A stretch of DNA of 62,975 nt, the filler included, from Squatina squatina (lineage: Eukaryota): assembly GCA_031763465.1 (NCBI GenBank). It is 3 parts of 3 records of this genome, joined end to end, with 100 filler letters (N's around TTAATTAATTAA, not from the genome) between each part and the next. Parts side by side here need not be neighbours in the genome. Positions count along the whole stretch, not along the records: positions 45,734 to 62,975 come from JARFOE010000234.1; 2 more parts are not named here. The stretch is one strand, 5' to 3'. Position 1 is the stretch's first letter; every line of letters begins with the position of its first letter. This document shows positions 49,337 through 62,015 of this stretch, in pieces. Under the pieces are notes generated by a model, which saw only the letters and a program-made list of their open reading frames with translations, made no database searches and was not told the DNA's origin. The position numbers and the translations under genes were made by a program.

Positions 49337-51324
49337 CCTTTTATTCCCTTCTCATTTCTATCTCACCNNNNNNNNNNNNNNNNNNNNNNNNNNNNNNNNN
49401 NNNNNNNNNNNNNNNNNNNNNNNNNNNNNNNNNNNNNNNNNNNNNNNNNNNNNNNNNNNNNNNNNNNAAGTTAAAGAGAGAGAATTAGCACCAACGTTGA
49501 GGTCGAAAATGGCACTGCTGGTGTCAATGCAGCATTACAGCTAGTGCCCTCACCAAAATGGCATCCGGCGCGGTCCACACCAGAAGTGTGTGTGTGTTGC
49601 TCGGACACGATTTTGGACACAAAATGTCACCCATTGCTTCGTAAAACTGGGTGCTATGGAGCCGAATTGCTAGCCCAGACTTCTATTGCAATGAATTTGC
49701 TCATTTTGAAGTCTGGACTATTTGATTTGTGGTTTCTTCAGTAAATACAGTGAATACTCAAGTCACTCCTGTCAGCATCCTTGTACTTGTCTGAAAGGAC
49801 AGAAAAACATGGCATGTTAAAGGAACCACAATCGCAGCCTAAATCTACATTCTGTACTTCTTCCCATACAACGTTATTGTATTCATTTCTACTTCTTTGA
49901 ATGAAATGACAACAAAACATTTTTCAGCTTTCCAGTTGCTCGGTTCAGCTCAGCTCACAAGACACACACAGGCACACACACTGATTTGCTCATCCCCACA
50001 CACTCCCACTGCATACTCCCGGATTAAACNNNNNNNNNNCAGGATATATCAATACATATAAAAATATTCACCGTCCTGTACTTCAGAAGAGAAGTCATGC
50101 ACTTCCTTCAGCCATTGTTTTCAGGCAGTTTCAGGTCTGGTAACCTTCCATGACATCCATCACAAAGCCAAGCTGTCATACAAAATGTCAGAAGACTCTG
50201 AATGCCTCGCGATTCAGTTGCAGATCTGACTAATGGTTGTAGTAGTGTCAAGTTGAACACTTGCTTTGAAAAAATGCGTCTCTTAAAGCAGTAAATAAAT
50301 ACAGCAGTCATAAAAGATTTTATGTGGGACTACAAATTAATCCACAACATATTTTGCAAGTGAGAAGTGCTGCATAACTAATCAGGAATAAAGTCATAAG
50401 TGAATTCACTCAGTCCCCTTCCTGTGTGAAATTACAACTTTGTGTCAGCAGTGCAATATTCTTTTGATTAAGCAGTAAATGAGACACCTGAAACAGAATA
50501 TCAAAGGTGCAATGATTCATTTTCAGTTATTCAACCAAAACGTATGTATTGATTTCGATATACCAGCTTAACGATTTGAAATACCAGAGCTCCTGCTTGC
50601 AAAGCCTGCACTTATCTCAAACAACTAATTGTATTTCTGATTGGCCAACTCTCTGGCACTATATTTCAAAAAATACATGTACTGGACCTTTTTTACTGAC
50701 GTTAGCCTTTATGGTGAGTTTATTGGAGCTGGCCTGAAATATTGAAGTAATTTCAGAAAGCAATAAAAACAGACGCCTGCTGATTTTTACAGCATTAATG
50801 CAACGCTACTTGATTTTAATTTCTTTCATGGATGCAACATGAAGACAGGCTATAGCCCACTACAAAGCTTATGCCCAACACATTTAAATCGTTTTCTGTC
50901 TTGCTGTCTATTGATTGTAGAAGTCAGTCCAGCCCATGGTGAGTTCTAACCTGTAAGTTGGTTTACAAGTGTCCAATAAGAGTTTTACTAACAGAGTTCA
51001 CATTCTAACGTTTTCTGAGAGTGAACCACATTTTATTCTTGACATAATAAAGAACGCTGCGCAGGCCTAATGTCAGAAAGTTTTATAGCTAGTTTTCGTT
51101 GGATGTCAGAATACTGCCGCTTTAAAAGAAGCCATGTGAACAACCAGGCCACATGCCAACGTCCAACACATTGGTGCAATTATATAAAACGTTACAGCTC
51201 CTTTTAGTATTAAAGAGAAATAATGGAAATTAAGCTTTATGTCATTGTAAATGTGGATTACAAAATAAATTGTGTGGTAAATAGGATTAAACTGAACTTT
51301 TCATCAAATTGATCCAGCAACTTG

Positions 51325-51700
51325 AATTTAAATAGCACTTTTAATGAAGGAAAAAAATCCCAACACAGTCGCACAAACCGATAAAAGTGGATACTGAGCC
51401 AAAGGAGGAGATATTCGGAGGAGGTGACAAAAGGCCTGGTGAAAGCGGTGGGCTTTAAGGAGGGTCCTGAAGGAGGAGAGAAAGGCAGAGAGAGGGAGAA
51501 GTTTGGGGAGGGAACCCGAGAGCTTAGGGTCTGGACAGCTGATGCACGGCCCCCAGTGGTGGGGCAAAAGGAAGGGCGGAGGAGCAAAGCGTTCTGGACG
51601 GGGGTGGGGAGATACAGGGCGAGGGAGAGTCAATACCATGAAGGGATTTAAACACAAGGATGAGAATATTAATTTGAGGGACGGGGCACCAATGTCGGTC
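51325..51700 (-). mobile_element. L2 LINE 3' end
   Basis: The minus strand gives 'CPVPQINILILVFKSLHG', 'SSFRTLLKAHRFHQAF' and the tail 'aaaagtgctatttaaattcaagttgc'. Confidence 0.8.
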
Positions 51701-52034
51701 NNNNNNNNNNNNNNNNNNNNNNNNNNNNNNNNNNNNNNNNNNNNNNNNNNNNNNNNNNNNNNNNNNNNNNNNNNNNNNNNNNNNNNNNNNNNNNNNNNNN
51801 TAGGTGATGACTGTTTGAGGTGCCCTTTCATTCAGGATTTGCCTGTGAAATGGTGCTTTGTAACTAACTGATGCTACACATTCAAATATCAATTTCAACT
51901 CTATCCCATCAATCAATGCCTTGTTGACTGTTAGGGCGTCTCAGGGTCCATTTGCCTGATGGTGCATTCTCTGACTGCTTCCAATCTGAATTTTCCCACT
52001 TTGCTGAGACCCTACCCTGAGCCAAAAGACTCTT

Positions 52035-52260
52035 GCTAACATAGGAACCTCTGAAAATGGTGGGCAGGAAAAGGCCACCTGGTCCATCAAGGCTGGAGAA
52101 CCATGATTGGACACTTCTACCACCTCCCACAGCCATTTAATCTCCTGGGAGAGGCAAAAAAATACAGAGAAAAAAAAACAGGCCCAACAAGGAAAAAAGA
52201 ACCTCTGGAAAATTAATCTCCGAGCCCCTCTGATGATTGAAACCAGTCCAGGAGATCAAA
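52035..52260 (-). mobile_element. CR1-like 3' UTR/SINE tail remnant
   Basis: 'aacataggaacc...gcaggaaaaggccacctggtccatcaag' resembles the reverse complement of CR1 3' ends. Confidence 0.5.
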
Positions 52261-53029
52261 GAACTGAAGAGTTAAGTCCATATTATTGTTTTAAAAAGAG
52301 TAACCCTTTTCATTATTACTGTCACAATGTTTGCATTAATAGTGGAAAGTGATTTAAGGTAATGAAATTGTACTGGACTTTAGTATATCTTTAAAAACAT
52401 AAATAAAACAAAAACAATTTGTCATCGGATTTATGGGAGACATGTTCAGCATCGAATTGTTGCCGGTTCTTTTGAGCTGAACTTGTGATTCTCATTAATT
52501 GATGGTCCAGGTAATTGAATTTGCTCCCAAACCTGATTAAATTTCATGAGGTGAGGCTGCTTGCAAAATTGATGTAACCAGTTGCAGCCGTTGTACAGGA
52601 ATTGAAATTTCACTCCTGGGGTTCCAGCATTGTAATCCAGTGAGTGCGACTGAAATCTGTAAGTCAAACTGAGGCAGGAAATGCAAATATCATTGTCCAG
52701 GCTTAGCATAAAATTAGTGAAAAGGAATGGACTGTATCTCATTAATACCCTCAAATGTAATTTTTTATGCTGCTATAATTAATCCCCTTCTCCTGAAGAT
52801 GTTGATTCAAATTTGGTAAAGGTCCATTGATGCAAATGAATATCTAGTACTTCACTCAAGGATCACTCTTCATTTATGAGTCTAGACAATGAATGCTAGC
52901 AGGCTATTTAGCTGTGGAGGGCATCACGGGTGATTGCAACACTCAGTTTCTAGCAGGGTTCACCGGAGTGTGATTAGGAGTAGGAATCCTGACTGATGTT
53001 TTTTTTCCCCTTCCTTTGCCCAACTTCTG

Positions 53030-53570
53030 ATCCCAACAGTGAGGAGGATAATAGCAGTCTTCAGGAGGACATAGACAGACTGGTTAAATGGGCAGACTGC
53101 AGATGAAAATTAATAGAGAAAGCTGTGAAGTGATGCATTTGGAAAGGAGAATGAGGAGAGGCAATATAAACTAAATGGCACAATTTTAAAGGGAGTGCAG
53201 GAGCGGAGAGACCAGACGGTTCACATACACAAAATCCTGAAGGTGACAGGACAAGTCGATAAGGCTGTTAAAAAGGCATACGGGATCCTGGGCTTTATAA
53301 ATAGAGACATGGAGTACAAAAAACAAGGAAGTTATACTAAACCTTTATAAATCACTGGTTAGGCCTCAGCTGGAATATTGTGTCCAATTCTGGACACCAC
53401 TTTCTGAAGGATACCAAGACCTTGGAGAGGGTGCAGAGGAGATTTACTGGAATGGTACCGGGCATGAAGGACTTCAGTTAGGTGGAGAGACTAGAGAAGC
53501 TGGGATTGTTCTCCTTAGAGAAGAGGTTTAAGGGGAAATTTAATAGAAGTGTTCAAAATTATGATAGAGT
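53030..53570 (+). mobile_element. CR1/HER1 LINE RT C-terminal region, frameshifted
   Basis: Contains [52 protein letters not shown] and LERVQRRFT. Confidence 0.9.
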
Positions 53571-54964
53571 AGTAGTAGTTAACACAGAGTTAATTGTTAA
53601 AACAAACCATATAAGAATATAGATATGTTTTTATACAGAACAGGATAGACACACAGAGATTATTAANNNNNNNNNNNNNNNNNNNNNNNNNNNNNNNNNN
53701 NNNNNNNNNNNNNNNNNNNNNNNNNNNNNNNNNNNNNNNNNNNNNNNNNNNNNNNNNNNNNNNNNNGTGACAATTTTTCAAACATGAGCTGTAGGTTTGT
53801 GTGTTTGGAAGGGCTAAACGAATTTGCTCGTTTTTAAGCCACGTACAGTACTTAGATGACAATGAGTATAGATGTGGCATCAAACTCCATTATTAACTCT
53901 TGTGAATTTAAATCAAAATAGTTCCACTGAATGACCTTCCTAATGTTGTAAGGTTACATCATAATTTATGGTGACAGCTGATTTCTGAGGATATATTTTG
54001 TTGTTGAAGGAGATTCCCTTTATCATACCCGGGCTTATAACTTCCAGCTCGGACCCAATNNNNNNNNNNTTTCCAATAAATGCACAATTCATCTAAATAT
54101 ATTCTTCTGGTGGGATGTTCATTCTACAGAGCATTAGTCCGTGCAGAAATTCTGTATGTGATAATACACAGGCTATAGTGTGTCACAGAAGGCTAGCACA
54201 CCACCACACTGCAAGTCAGTGGGGGGAAAAAAAAATCGAGAGGTGTAAAACGGGCTGCCAACTCACTAATACCCGTCTTACACTTTCACACAAGGTCAAC
54301 ATTACCCCCAAGCAATCCAAAATGAGTGTTATATTATGTGCCGGTGTATATTGAAAATGCAATGATTTTCTTGCAATATTTGACACACTACGCTACTTTG
54401 TGCTTCTCTTATATTTGTGTCATTTGAAAAAAAAGAAACACATGCTGACAAATAAAAGCAGTGCGGTGCCTTTAAGCCAAGAATGCTAAGCCCTCCTAAC
54501 TATCTCTCTTCTTGCAGAACTGCTTGCTGGCTGTATTCTGCTGGAGTATTCCCCTGCCTGAATCTGCCTGCAGCAGCGGCTGCTTGTCTTGTCACGTCTA
54601 GTGAGTGCAGTGAATATCTGTTCAGGCTGTAGAAGCACGCGCGGTCTCTGCGCACGATCTGCTGCCGCTATTCCCTTTGAAACCGGCTTGCCCTTCTGAG
54701 GGGATTTCAAGGCTGATGCCCCATTAGCTTATTTTGATGTTTTTATCTTTTCGTGATTGGGAACCATTCTCTGCAACCAAAACAGACACTTTTTTTTGAA
54801 GGCGTTGAATGAATTTTTAGAGCTCCTCCAAGGATTATCTTCAATAAAACATTAGCCGCCCGCTNNNNNNNNNNNNNNNNNNNNNNNNNNNNNNNNNNNN
54901 NNNNNNNNNNNNNNNNNNNNNNNNNNNNNNNNNNNNNNNNNNNNNNNNNNNNNNNNNNNNNNNN

Positions 54965-55310
54965 TACGATGTTTATGCTCTACACGAGCCTCCTCCCACC
55001 TTTTGTCTAACCCTATCAGTATATCCTTCTATTTCTCTCATCCTCATGTATTTATCTAGCTTCCCCTTAAATGCATCGATGCTATTCGTCTCAACTACAC
55101 CCTGTAATTATGAGTTTCACATTCTCCCCAATCTCTTGGTAAAGACGTTTCTCCTGAATCCCCTAATGGATTTATTAATGAACTTATATTTATGGCTCCT
55201 AGTTTTGATCTTTCCACAAGTGGAAGCATTTTCTCTATGTCTAACCTATCAAACTCTTTCATAATCTTTAAGACATCTATCGTGTCACCCCTCAGCCTTC
55301 TCTTTCCTTA
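54965..55310 (-). mobile_element. CR1 LINE 3' region
   Basis: 'tatttatctagcttccccttaaatgcat...gagtttcacattctc...tcacccctcagccttctct' is the typical reverse complement of the CR1 ORF2 end. Confidence 0.75.
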
Positions 55311-55999
55311 ACTGCAAAATCTGACCATTGCATCAAAAAGTACATAATAGTTCCAAATAGCTTAAATTATTGGCTTTAAAACCAACTGTATTGGATTCCT
55401 ACAATAAATCCTGCAGCCATATCCAATTCAAGCAGAACTTTCAACTGATGAGAGTTCCAGTGCATCACATCCCGTTCCATTCTAACCACCAACATTCCTG
55501 TGCTTTCAGTAACCAGCAGTCTTTGGTCTCAAGCCACACCAAGTTGCTAGGACAAACTAGCCATCCATGGCAAACTAATGATATTTTCTCTATGACAATA
55601 AAACTTGGCATTGCTTTAAGTGGAGACTTGCACGCAAACATGGCCTCCTCGAAAGTTACCTCAGGCCAAAGCACTTCCACCGCCTGCAAAATTAAGCGGT
55701 ACATGATGTCTCTAGTGGTTTTCTCTGAGTCTGATTTGATACCCTCGTCATGTTTTTTTAATAAGGTGAGATTGTCCTTTTCTTCAGGCTCCCTCAGCAG
55801 GTGAGCTTGTCGTATTCGGTGAAAGTGGACGAGGAGATATTGTCAGCCACTGACTGGATTGTTTCCCTGGCCTCTGGCCTCGATTTAAAAGCAGATACAT
55901 AGGTCAGCTCACAACAGATCATAACTTTATCAGGCTGGAGTTTTCAATGTTTAGCCGAGTACAGTGATTATTCACTAAACTGGCTATTAACTCTTTCAG

Positions 56000-57156
56000 G
56001 ACTGAGGCCGTAATTCTGCTCCGTGATTCTGCCCAATAGTGGCAGAGACTGATGGGAAAATTCAGGCAAAATGAAGCCGTCCTAACACTGCCTAACTACA
56101 CTGAGGGATTTCCCCTCCCCCTGGCCACATCGCGACAGCCGTTGGCCACTCTTTCCTTGCCTGCCACATGTAAATGCCATCAAGGGGCAGGGTCTAGGTC
56201 CCCAGCAGATTTATCTCGTGTCTGTCCAAGTTACTGCTGCTTCTGAGGACTGCCATGCGGAAGGTGGTAGCAGGTTCTGGGAAGCAGCAACAATTGGCGG
56301 AGGTGACCCCATGGAGAGAGAGAGGGCCGTGTAGCAGCCTATTCTCCTTCCATTCCGCCCCAATGACTCACCTGTGTAGGCCTTGTTCTTTGCTGAGGTC
56401 TACAAGGCCGCAACTCCTGTTTTCCTTGGGTGCTTCTTCCCTATTAATTTTGCCTCCGCCCCTTGTGCCGTTCCTGTACTGCCAGTATTTCCCTTGGGGT
56501 AATGGTAGGCTCCCTATTGGCAGCAAAAATCCTGCCAAGAGCCTGCGATGCATCGTAAATAAGCCCCAACCCAGGAAAATTGATTGGGGTTGGAGCAGGA
56601 TCAAAGTGGTCGGTGGAAACTCTGTTCTGCTAGAATTCTACTCCAAAGAGACTGGGTTAGAAATTGGACTCTGTGGCACCCATTTTACCGGGGTTAAAAG
56701 GGCGCAACAAGGGCCAATTTCAGAGAGCAATGCTGCACTCGATCAGCGCCAGGGGTATGGGCACTGCAACATTGACATTGACGGGTGCCCAAGGCACCAG
56801 CCTGAAATAAACATTTTAGGGTGCAAAATTGCACAGCGCCCTATTTGAGAGCAGTCACTCTCTGGAGCCGGAACTTTTATTGCCGGCCCTGGAAGCACCG
56901 CCTCCGATGAGATATTGGCCCTGAAATGAAGCACAGTGCTGTCCACTTCATTTCTGAGGCGGTAATGTGGCCGTGCCGGAGCGCTGCGTCAAGTGCGGCG
57001 CTGAAGAGCTCAGCGTCGCGCTTCTGACACCAGTGCACGCCTTCATTTAAAGGGGAGGGCCACTACGCACTCTGCAGAGCTCCCCAATGGCCATCACTGG
57101 GCCACCAGAGACGCTTTTGACTGGGCTAGCAGCTCGGCACGCCAGTCGGTGTGCAG
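56000..57156. mobile_element. Adjacent non-autonomous Harbinger-like elements
   Basis: GC/CpG-rich bodies with TIR-like ends 'agaattctactcc' (~56632-56644) and 'gggttagaaattgg' (56654). Confidence 0.45.
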
Positions 57157-57419
57157 NNNNNNNNNNNNNNNNNNNNNNNNNNNNNNNNNNNNNNNNNNNN
57201 NNNNNNNNNNNNNNNNNNNNNNNNNNNNNNNNNNNNNNNNNNNNNNNNNNNNNNNNGGGCTGCCCGTGATAATCTTCTGTCAACTTTCAGATTAACTTGG
57301 TTTTATACAGATTCTAATTATATTGTAGCTGGTGTGAAGCCCAAGTGGGGCAAGACTGCTTCCACTAGATGGTCTTTCGCCAGTTGGAAAAAGTTAGGTT
57401 GTTGTTAGCTTGGTCACCA

Positions 57420-58200
57420 CCATTTAAGGTTATACTGCATCGATGTGCGTGGAAACCATGTCACGGTAAAATTGGGACGTAATAGGCATTTACGAATTTG
57501 AACAAACAATTCAATGAATTTGGACTCAGTCGTGGCCGTCTTTTGGGTCTGGCGAGGCTCCTTAAAGTTCCAAAAAGGCGCCTGTGGCATTTGTACGCAC
57601 ATCTGACGCGAAGTGCGCCAGACGCCATATTGGTAATAGGTTTAGCGCGCGCACACCTAACATCCATATATAGCATGCAGAGCAGGTGGTTCATGCTGTC
57701 AATCAGCTGATTGCTGACTTGACACCACAGCTGCCATTTTGGACTCCATGCTCCAGCCGACTCCCTCTCCTAACCTCGTACAGCTGAACAGGTGTTCAAC
57801 AGCATGAAGGACGCCCCCAATTGTGATTTAAAGGGATCATAAACTACTTACAGGTTAGTTGCTGGTTTATTTCTTCTGGCTGTTGCTGCAGTTCTACATG
57901 TTTTGGGTGCTTCCTATGGTTGGTTAAACTTCTAATAGGGCACAGGGAGTGATCTGGCTGGTGCTGAAGTACTTTTTTGCTGACTTAAGGGCTTGTGCAC
58001 AGATCTGTTGCTCCCAGATATGGGTGGGCTAGTAGGCCTTGCTTTCGCCATTGAGCATGACTGGGAGAATGAGCAGAAGCCATGCAGAACAGGTCAGGTT
58101 GCTGGAAGAGGGAGGAGGAGGAAGGGGAGAAGAGCTATCAGTAGGAGCCCATATTAGCAGAGCGTCTTTAGAGAGCATATGTGTTGGAGAACAGATTGCT
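57420..58200 (+). mobile_element. Harbinger 5' region, paralogous to 58431-59060
   Basis: It shares 'tttaaagggatcat.aactacttacaggttagttgctggtttatttcttctggctgttgct' and 'gagcatgactgg(g)agaatga' with the downstream copy. Confidence 0.7.
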
Positions 58201-58430
58201 GGAGTGCTGTGATGCCCTGGAAGCCATTTTGCAAACTGGTATCCAAAGCTATGACACCAGTCTGAGCTTCCACCGCAGCACTCAGACGTTGGTGGATGCT
58301 GCTTGTGCTGCAATGGAAGCTGACACATCGNNNNNNNNNNNNNNNNNNNNNNNNNNNNNNNNNNNNNNNNNNNNNNNNNNNNNNNNNNNNNNNNNNNNNN
58401 NNNNNNNNNNNNNNNNNNNNNNNNNNNNNN

Positions 58431-59565
58431 AGACCCAGTCCTGCGGCACTGCTCCTGTATACAGTGAGGTTTGGGGGCAAAATTGGGCGTGGTAGTGTGC
58501 GTTTTTTGGGGCCCTTTGGGTTCCAAAGTAGCATCCGCGGTAAGTGCATAAGTTCTAGTGGGAAGCATGCCATATGCCATATTAGTAAAGTGGTTAGCTT
58601 GCGGCAACCAACGGCTGCCAGAAGCATACAGAACAGGCCAGTCATGATGTCAATCAGTGTGTGATGCTGATTTGACACCATGCTGCAATTTTGAAGCTCC
58701 ACACTCCAGCCCATGCTCTCTCTTAAACTTGCACAGCTCAACATGATGTTAAGCAGCATGAAGGAACCCCTACCAGCACTATTTAAAGGGATCATCAACT
58801 ACTTACAGGTTAGTTGCTGGTTTATTTCTTCTGGCTGTTGCTACAATTGTACACATTTTTGGTGCTTTCCATAGTTAATTCAAGTTTCAAAAGTGTATAC
58901 GGAGTGGTTTTGCAGATGGTCCCTTACATGCACTCGTAGGCCTTCCTTTTGGAATCGAGCATGACTGGAGAATGAACAGAAGTCACGCAAAGCAGAAGAA
59001 AATGCTAGAAGAATGAAGAAGAGGACAGGGACATCAGCTCTCAGCAGGAGGCCATATCTGCCATATTAAGGGATCAATTCTCCTGCCTGAACCTCAGCGA
59101 CGACCTATGCTTGAGACGTCTGCACTTCAGTAAGGAGGTCGTCACTGAAATCTGCCAACTGCTGCAGCCTCAGAACAGGCCAAGGATCGCATTGCGAGTG
59201 GCTGTGAAGGTGACCGTGGCTATGTACTTTTATGCTTTTTTTCTCCTTCCAGGCTGGCGCTGGAGATATTAGCAACGTCTCGCAGTTTGCATTGCAGTGC
59301 TGTATAGGCGAGGTCACTGAGGCTCTCTCTACAAAGAGAGATAACTTTGTTTAATTCCCTCTTGCCAGAGAGAAGCAGGTGGCATGAGCACAAGGATTTG
59401 CAGGGATTTCAGGCTTCCCCATGGTACAGGGTGCCATTGACAGCACACACATTGCTATACCGGAACCGAAAGGGATTTCACTTCTTCAACATCCAGCTGG
59501 TGTGTGACCATAGGCAGCGCATCATGCAGGTCAATGCCTGGTATCCTGGTAGCAGTCATGGAGCG
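58431..59565 (+). mobile_element. PIF/Harbinger transposon with HARBI1-like DDE transposase pseudogene
   Basis: 59045-59565 reads [109 protein letters not shown], with stops and frameshifts. Confidence 0.92.
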
Positions 59566-59749
59566 GCCTATTTGTGTTTTGGGCATTTCTAGCGCTAAGT
59601 GCTGAATTTCGCGCTGAAAATGGGACTCTTTAAAAATTTGCCTTGAACCCTCCAATTAGCCACTTAAGATTTGGAGCGTTCAAACACGTGCAAATGTTAA
59701 TGTTAAGGGGCCCATACTGAACTAAGCTATTCATGGTGTGCATTCAGAT

Positions 59750-60022
59750 TCCACATTTTGCTCTCAACCTCACAGTCCACTTAATTCCACAGTTTGCTTC
59801 CAAACTCACAGCTCACTTAATTCTTCAGTTGACTTAAGTGCTTCCAACTTCCTTATAGCCCACTTAATTGCTTCTAGCTGCATGTCTCCCAGACACAGCT
59901 ACTGCTCAGTTCACACAGCCCCTGCTCACTGCTCAGTTCACACAGCAGGCAGGGCTTCAGTTCTCATAGCAGGCCAGCCAGCCAGCCAGCCTGCCTGCCT
60001 GCCTTCCTGCCTGCCTGCCTGC
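59750..60022. repeat. Short tandem repeats and (CCAG)n/(CCTG)n microsatellite
   Basis: 'cacttaatt' units recur at 59778-59870, 'actgctcagttcacacagc' occurs twice (59901-59947), and 'ccagccagccagccagcctgcctgcctgcc' follows. Confidence 0.8.
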
Positions 60023-60401
60023 TTTCACTTGCGCTGGATCCTCTGAGCTTAGGCCCTTGTTACCGCTCAAAAATGCAGGCGTTGTCACCGCTCGGTTTAG
60101 TGCACACTGACACTCTGCAATTTCGGACGGGTGGCCATTTTGGGCGCTGCGTGCACTTATGACGTCATAGCGCCGCGATTAAGTTACAGCTAGTGCTTCG
60201 AGCCTTAGAGGCCTTGCGCCTGTTTTGCGCAAACGGGACCCAAATTTTGCGCGTTTTCNNNNNNNNNNNNNNNNNNNNNNNNNNNNNNNNNNNNNNNNNN
60301 NNNNNNNNNNNNNNNNNNNNNNNNNNNNNNNNNNNNNNNNNNNNNNNNNNNNNNNNNNGTAGTGCAACGTTTCTAGCGTGGCACTACTGAATTTCACCCC
60401 C

Positions 60402-60918
60402 CATTACTCTTATACTCCAACCCCAAGTAATAAAGGCTAACATACCATTTGCTTTCCTAATTACTTGTTGTAGCTGCATGTTAACTTTCTGTGGTATGTG
60501 TACAAGGATACTCAAATCCCTCTGAAGTCTCTCATCTTTTCAAAAAATATTCTGTTTTGCTATTCTTCCTACCAAAGTTGATAATTTCACACTTCCCCAC
60601 ATTATACTCCATCTGCCACCTTGTTCCCCATTCACTTAATCTGTCTATATCCCCAATAAGACTTTTTGCATCCTCCTCACTGCTTATTTTCCCATCTAAC
60701 TTTGTACTGTCAGCAAACTTACATACATTACACTCAGTCCCCTCGACTAAGTTATTGATATGCATTTTAAATAGCTGAGGCCAATCACTGATCCGTGCGG
60801 CACCCCACCAGTTACAACCTGCCAAACTGAAAATGACCCATCTATCCCTACTCTGTTTTCTGTCCGTTAACCAATCCTCAATCCAAGTTAATATATTACC
60901 CCCAATCCTATGAGCCCT
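60402..60918 (-). mobile_element. CR1/HER1 LINE RT fragment
   Basis: Contains GNILTWIEDWLTDRKQ, CKFADSTKL (FADD decayed) and DIDRLSEWGTRWQMEYNVGKCE. Confidence 0.9.
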
Positions 60919-61564
60919 AGGATAGGACGGGGTGGAGTGGGGGGTGGGGGGCGGTGGGGGAGTCAAGTTGGGTTTGAAGAAATCATACCAATCTGCTTTC
61001 AAGGTGGGAGAATATGCAACCATCCCCATCTCTCCAACTTATGACAAATTTGTTTCTTTTTGCCCTAAGATAAATGTATTTTTAAATCCAGTCGAAATAT
61101 AAAATTGATAGATTGGCCTTTTTTACCACAGTAAAATGATCAGTTGATGGTAGGTTAAAAATATCTAAAAAGGGCTGGAGAAATCACTTCAAATTTTGCA
61201 TGCAGTACATATTAACACCCTGTAGTTTACCATAGTATGGCACAACGCTTATTTTTTTGTAGCCGTGGAATGACATTCAGGGTCTCCCTGGAGATACTGG
61301 CTGAGATTAAATGACCTTTGGTAGCTCCCTTGTTGATCATTGCTCTAATTATCATGTTTTCCCAAGCAAAGCAACATCTGATGCATTGTTGACTTGAACG
61401 GTCCCCACTGGTGTGCTTCCATCTCCTCATCACAGTGGATCTAACACGGGGGAGGGGCTGGGTTTCCAGAGGAAAAATAGAGAACAATTTAGACAACTGA
61501 TTTTGAGGTACCCTGAATGTAATAAAGTCATGTAAAACATAGCTCACTGCTGTGTGAGACATCT

Positions 61565-61707
61565 GAATCAAATGCAGCACAGATGGAGGCCATTTGGCTC
61601 ATCGTGGCTGTGCTGGCTCTTTGAAAGAGCTGTAAGAAGTGGGTTTAGAATGCAACAGCCGCAATACAGTTATTTGCCTCCTCGCCCGGAGTCTTGCTGT
61701 GCCCCAC
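61565..61707 (-). mobile_element. CR1-type 3' end or HE1-like SINE tail
   Basis: 'cagcacagatggaggccatttggctcatcgtggctgtgctggctct' is the reverse complement of a CR1-type 3' terminus. Confidence 0.55.
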
Positions 61708-61924
61708 NNNNNNNNNNNNNNNNNNNNNNNNNNNNNNNNNNNNNNNNNNNNNNNNNNNNNNNNNNNNNNNNNNNNNNNNNNNNNNNNNNNNNNNNNNNNN
61801 NNNNNNNATTTCAGGGCCAATGTTGCAGCTACACAAAGCTGGCCCACTTTCTGCCATAAGAGACAAGGTGCTGAGTAATGTGAGTAGTTTAATTGAGGAG
61901 AGGAAACCGACTGGAGGGCAAGCA

Positions 61925-62015
61925 TTTCCACCACAAATGTTGCCTGACCTGCTGAGTATTTCCAGCATGTTCTGTTTTTATTTCCGATTTCCAGCATCCG
62001 CAGTATTTAGCTTTT
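61925..62015 (+). repeat. Penelope-associated terminal repeat
   Basis: 'ccacaaatgttgcctgacctgctgagtatttccagcatgttctgtttttatttccgatttccagcatccgcagtattt' matches 1-62 and 43058-43128. Confidence 0.75.

Noticed and set aside
56255-56848. 197-aa ORF
   Set aside because: It spans the junction of two GC-rich non-autonomous transposon-like elements and has no recognisable domain.
59045-59565. Domesticated HARBI1 gene
   Set aside because: It has frameshifts, a stop codon and truncation, and several related decayed copies occur in the same window.
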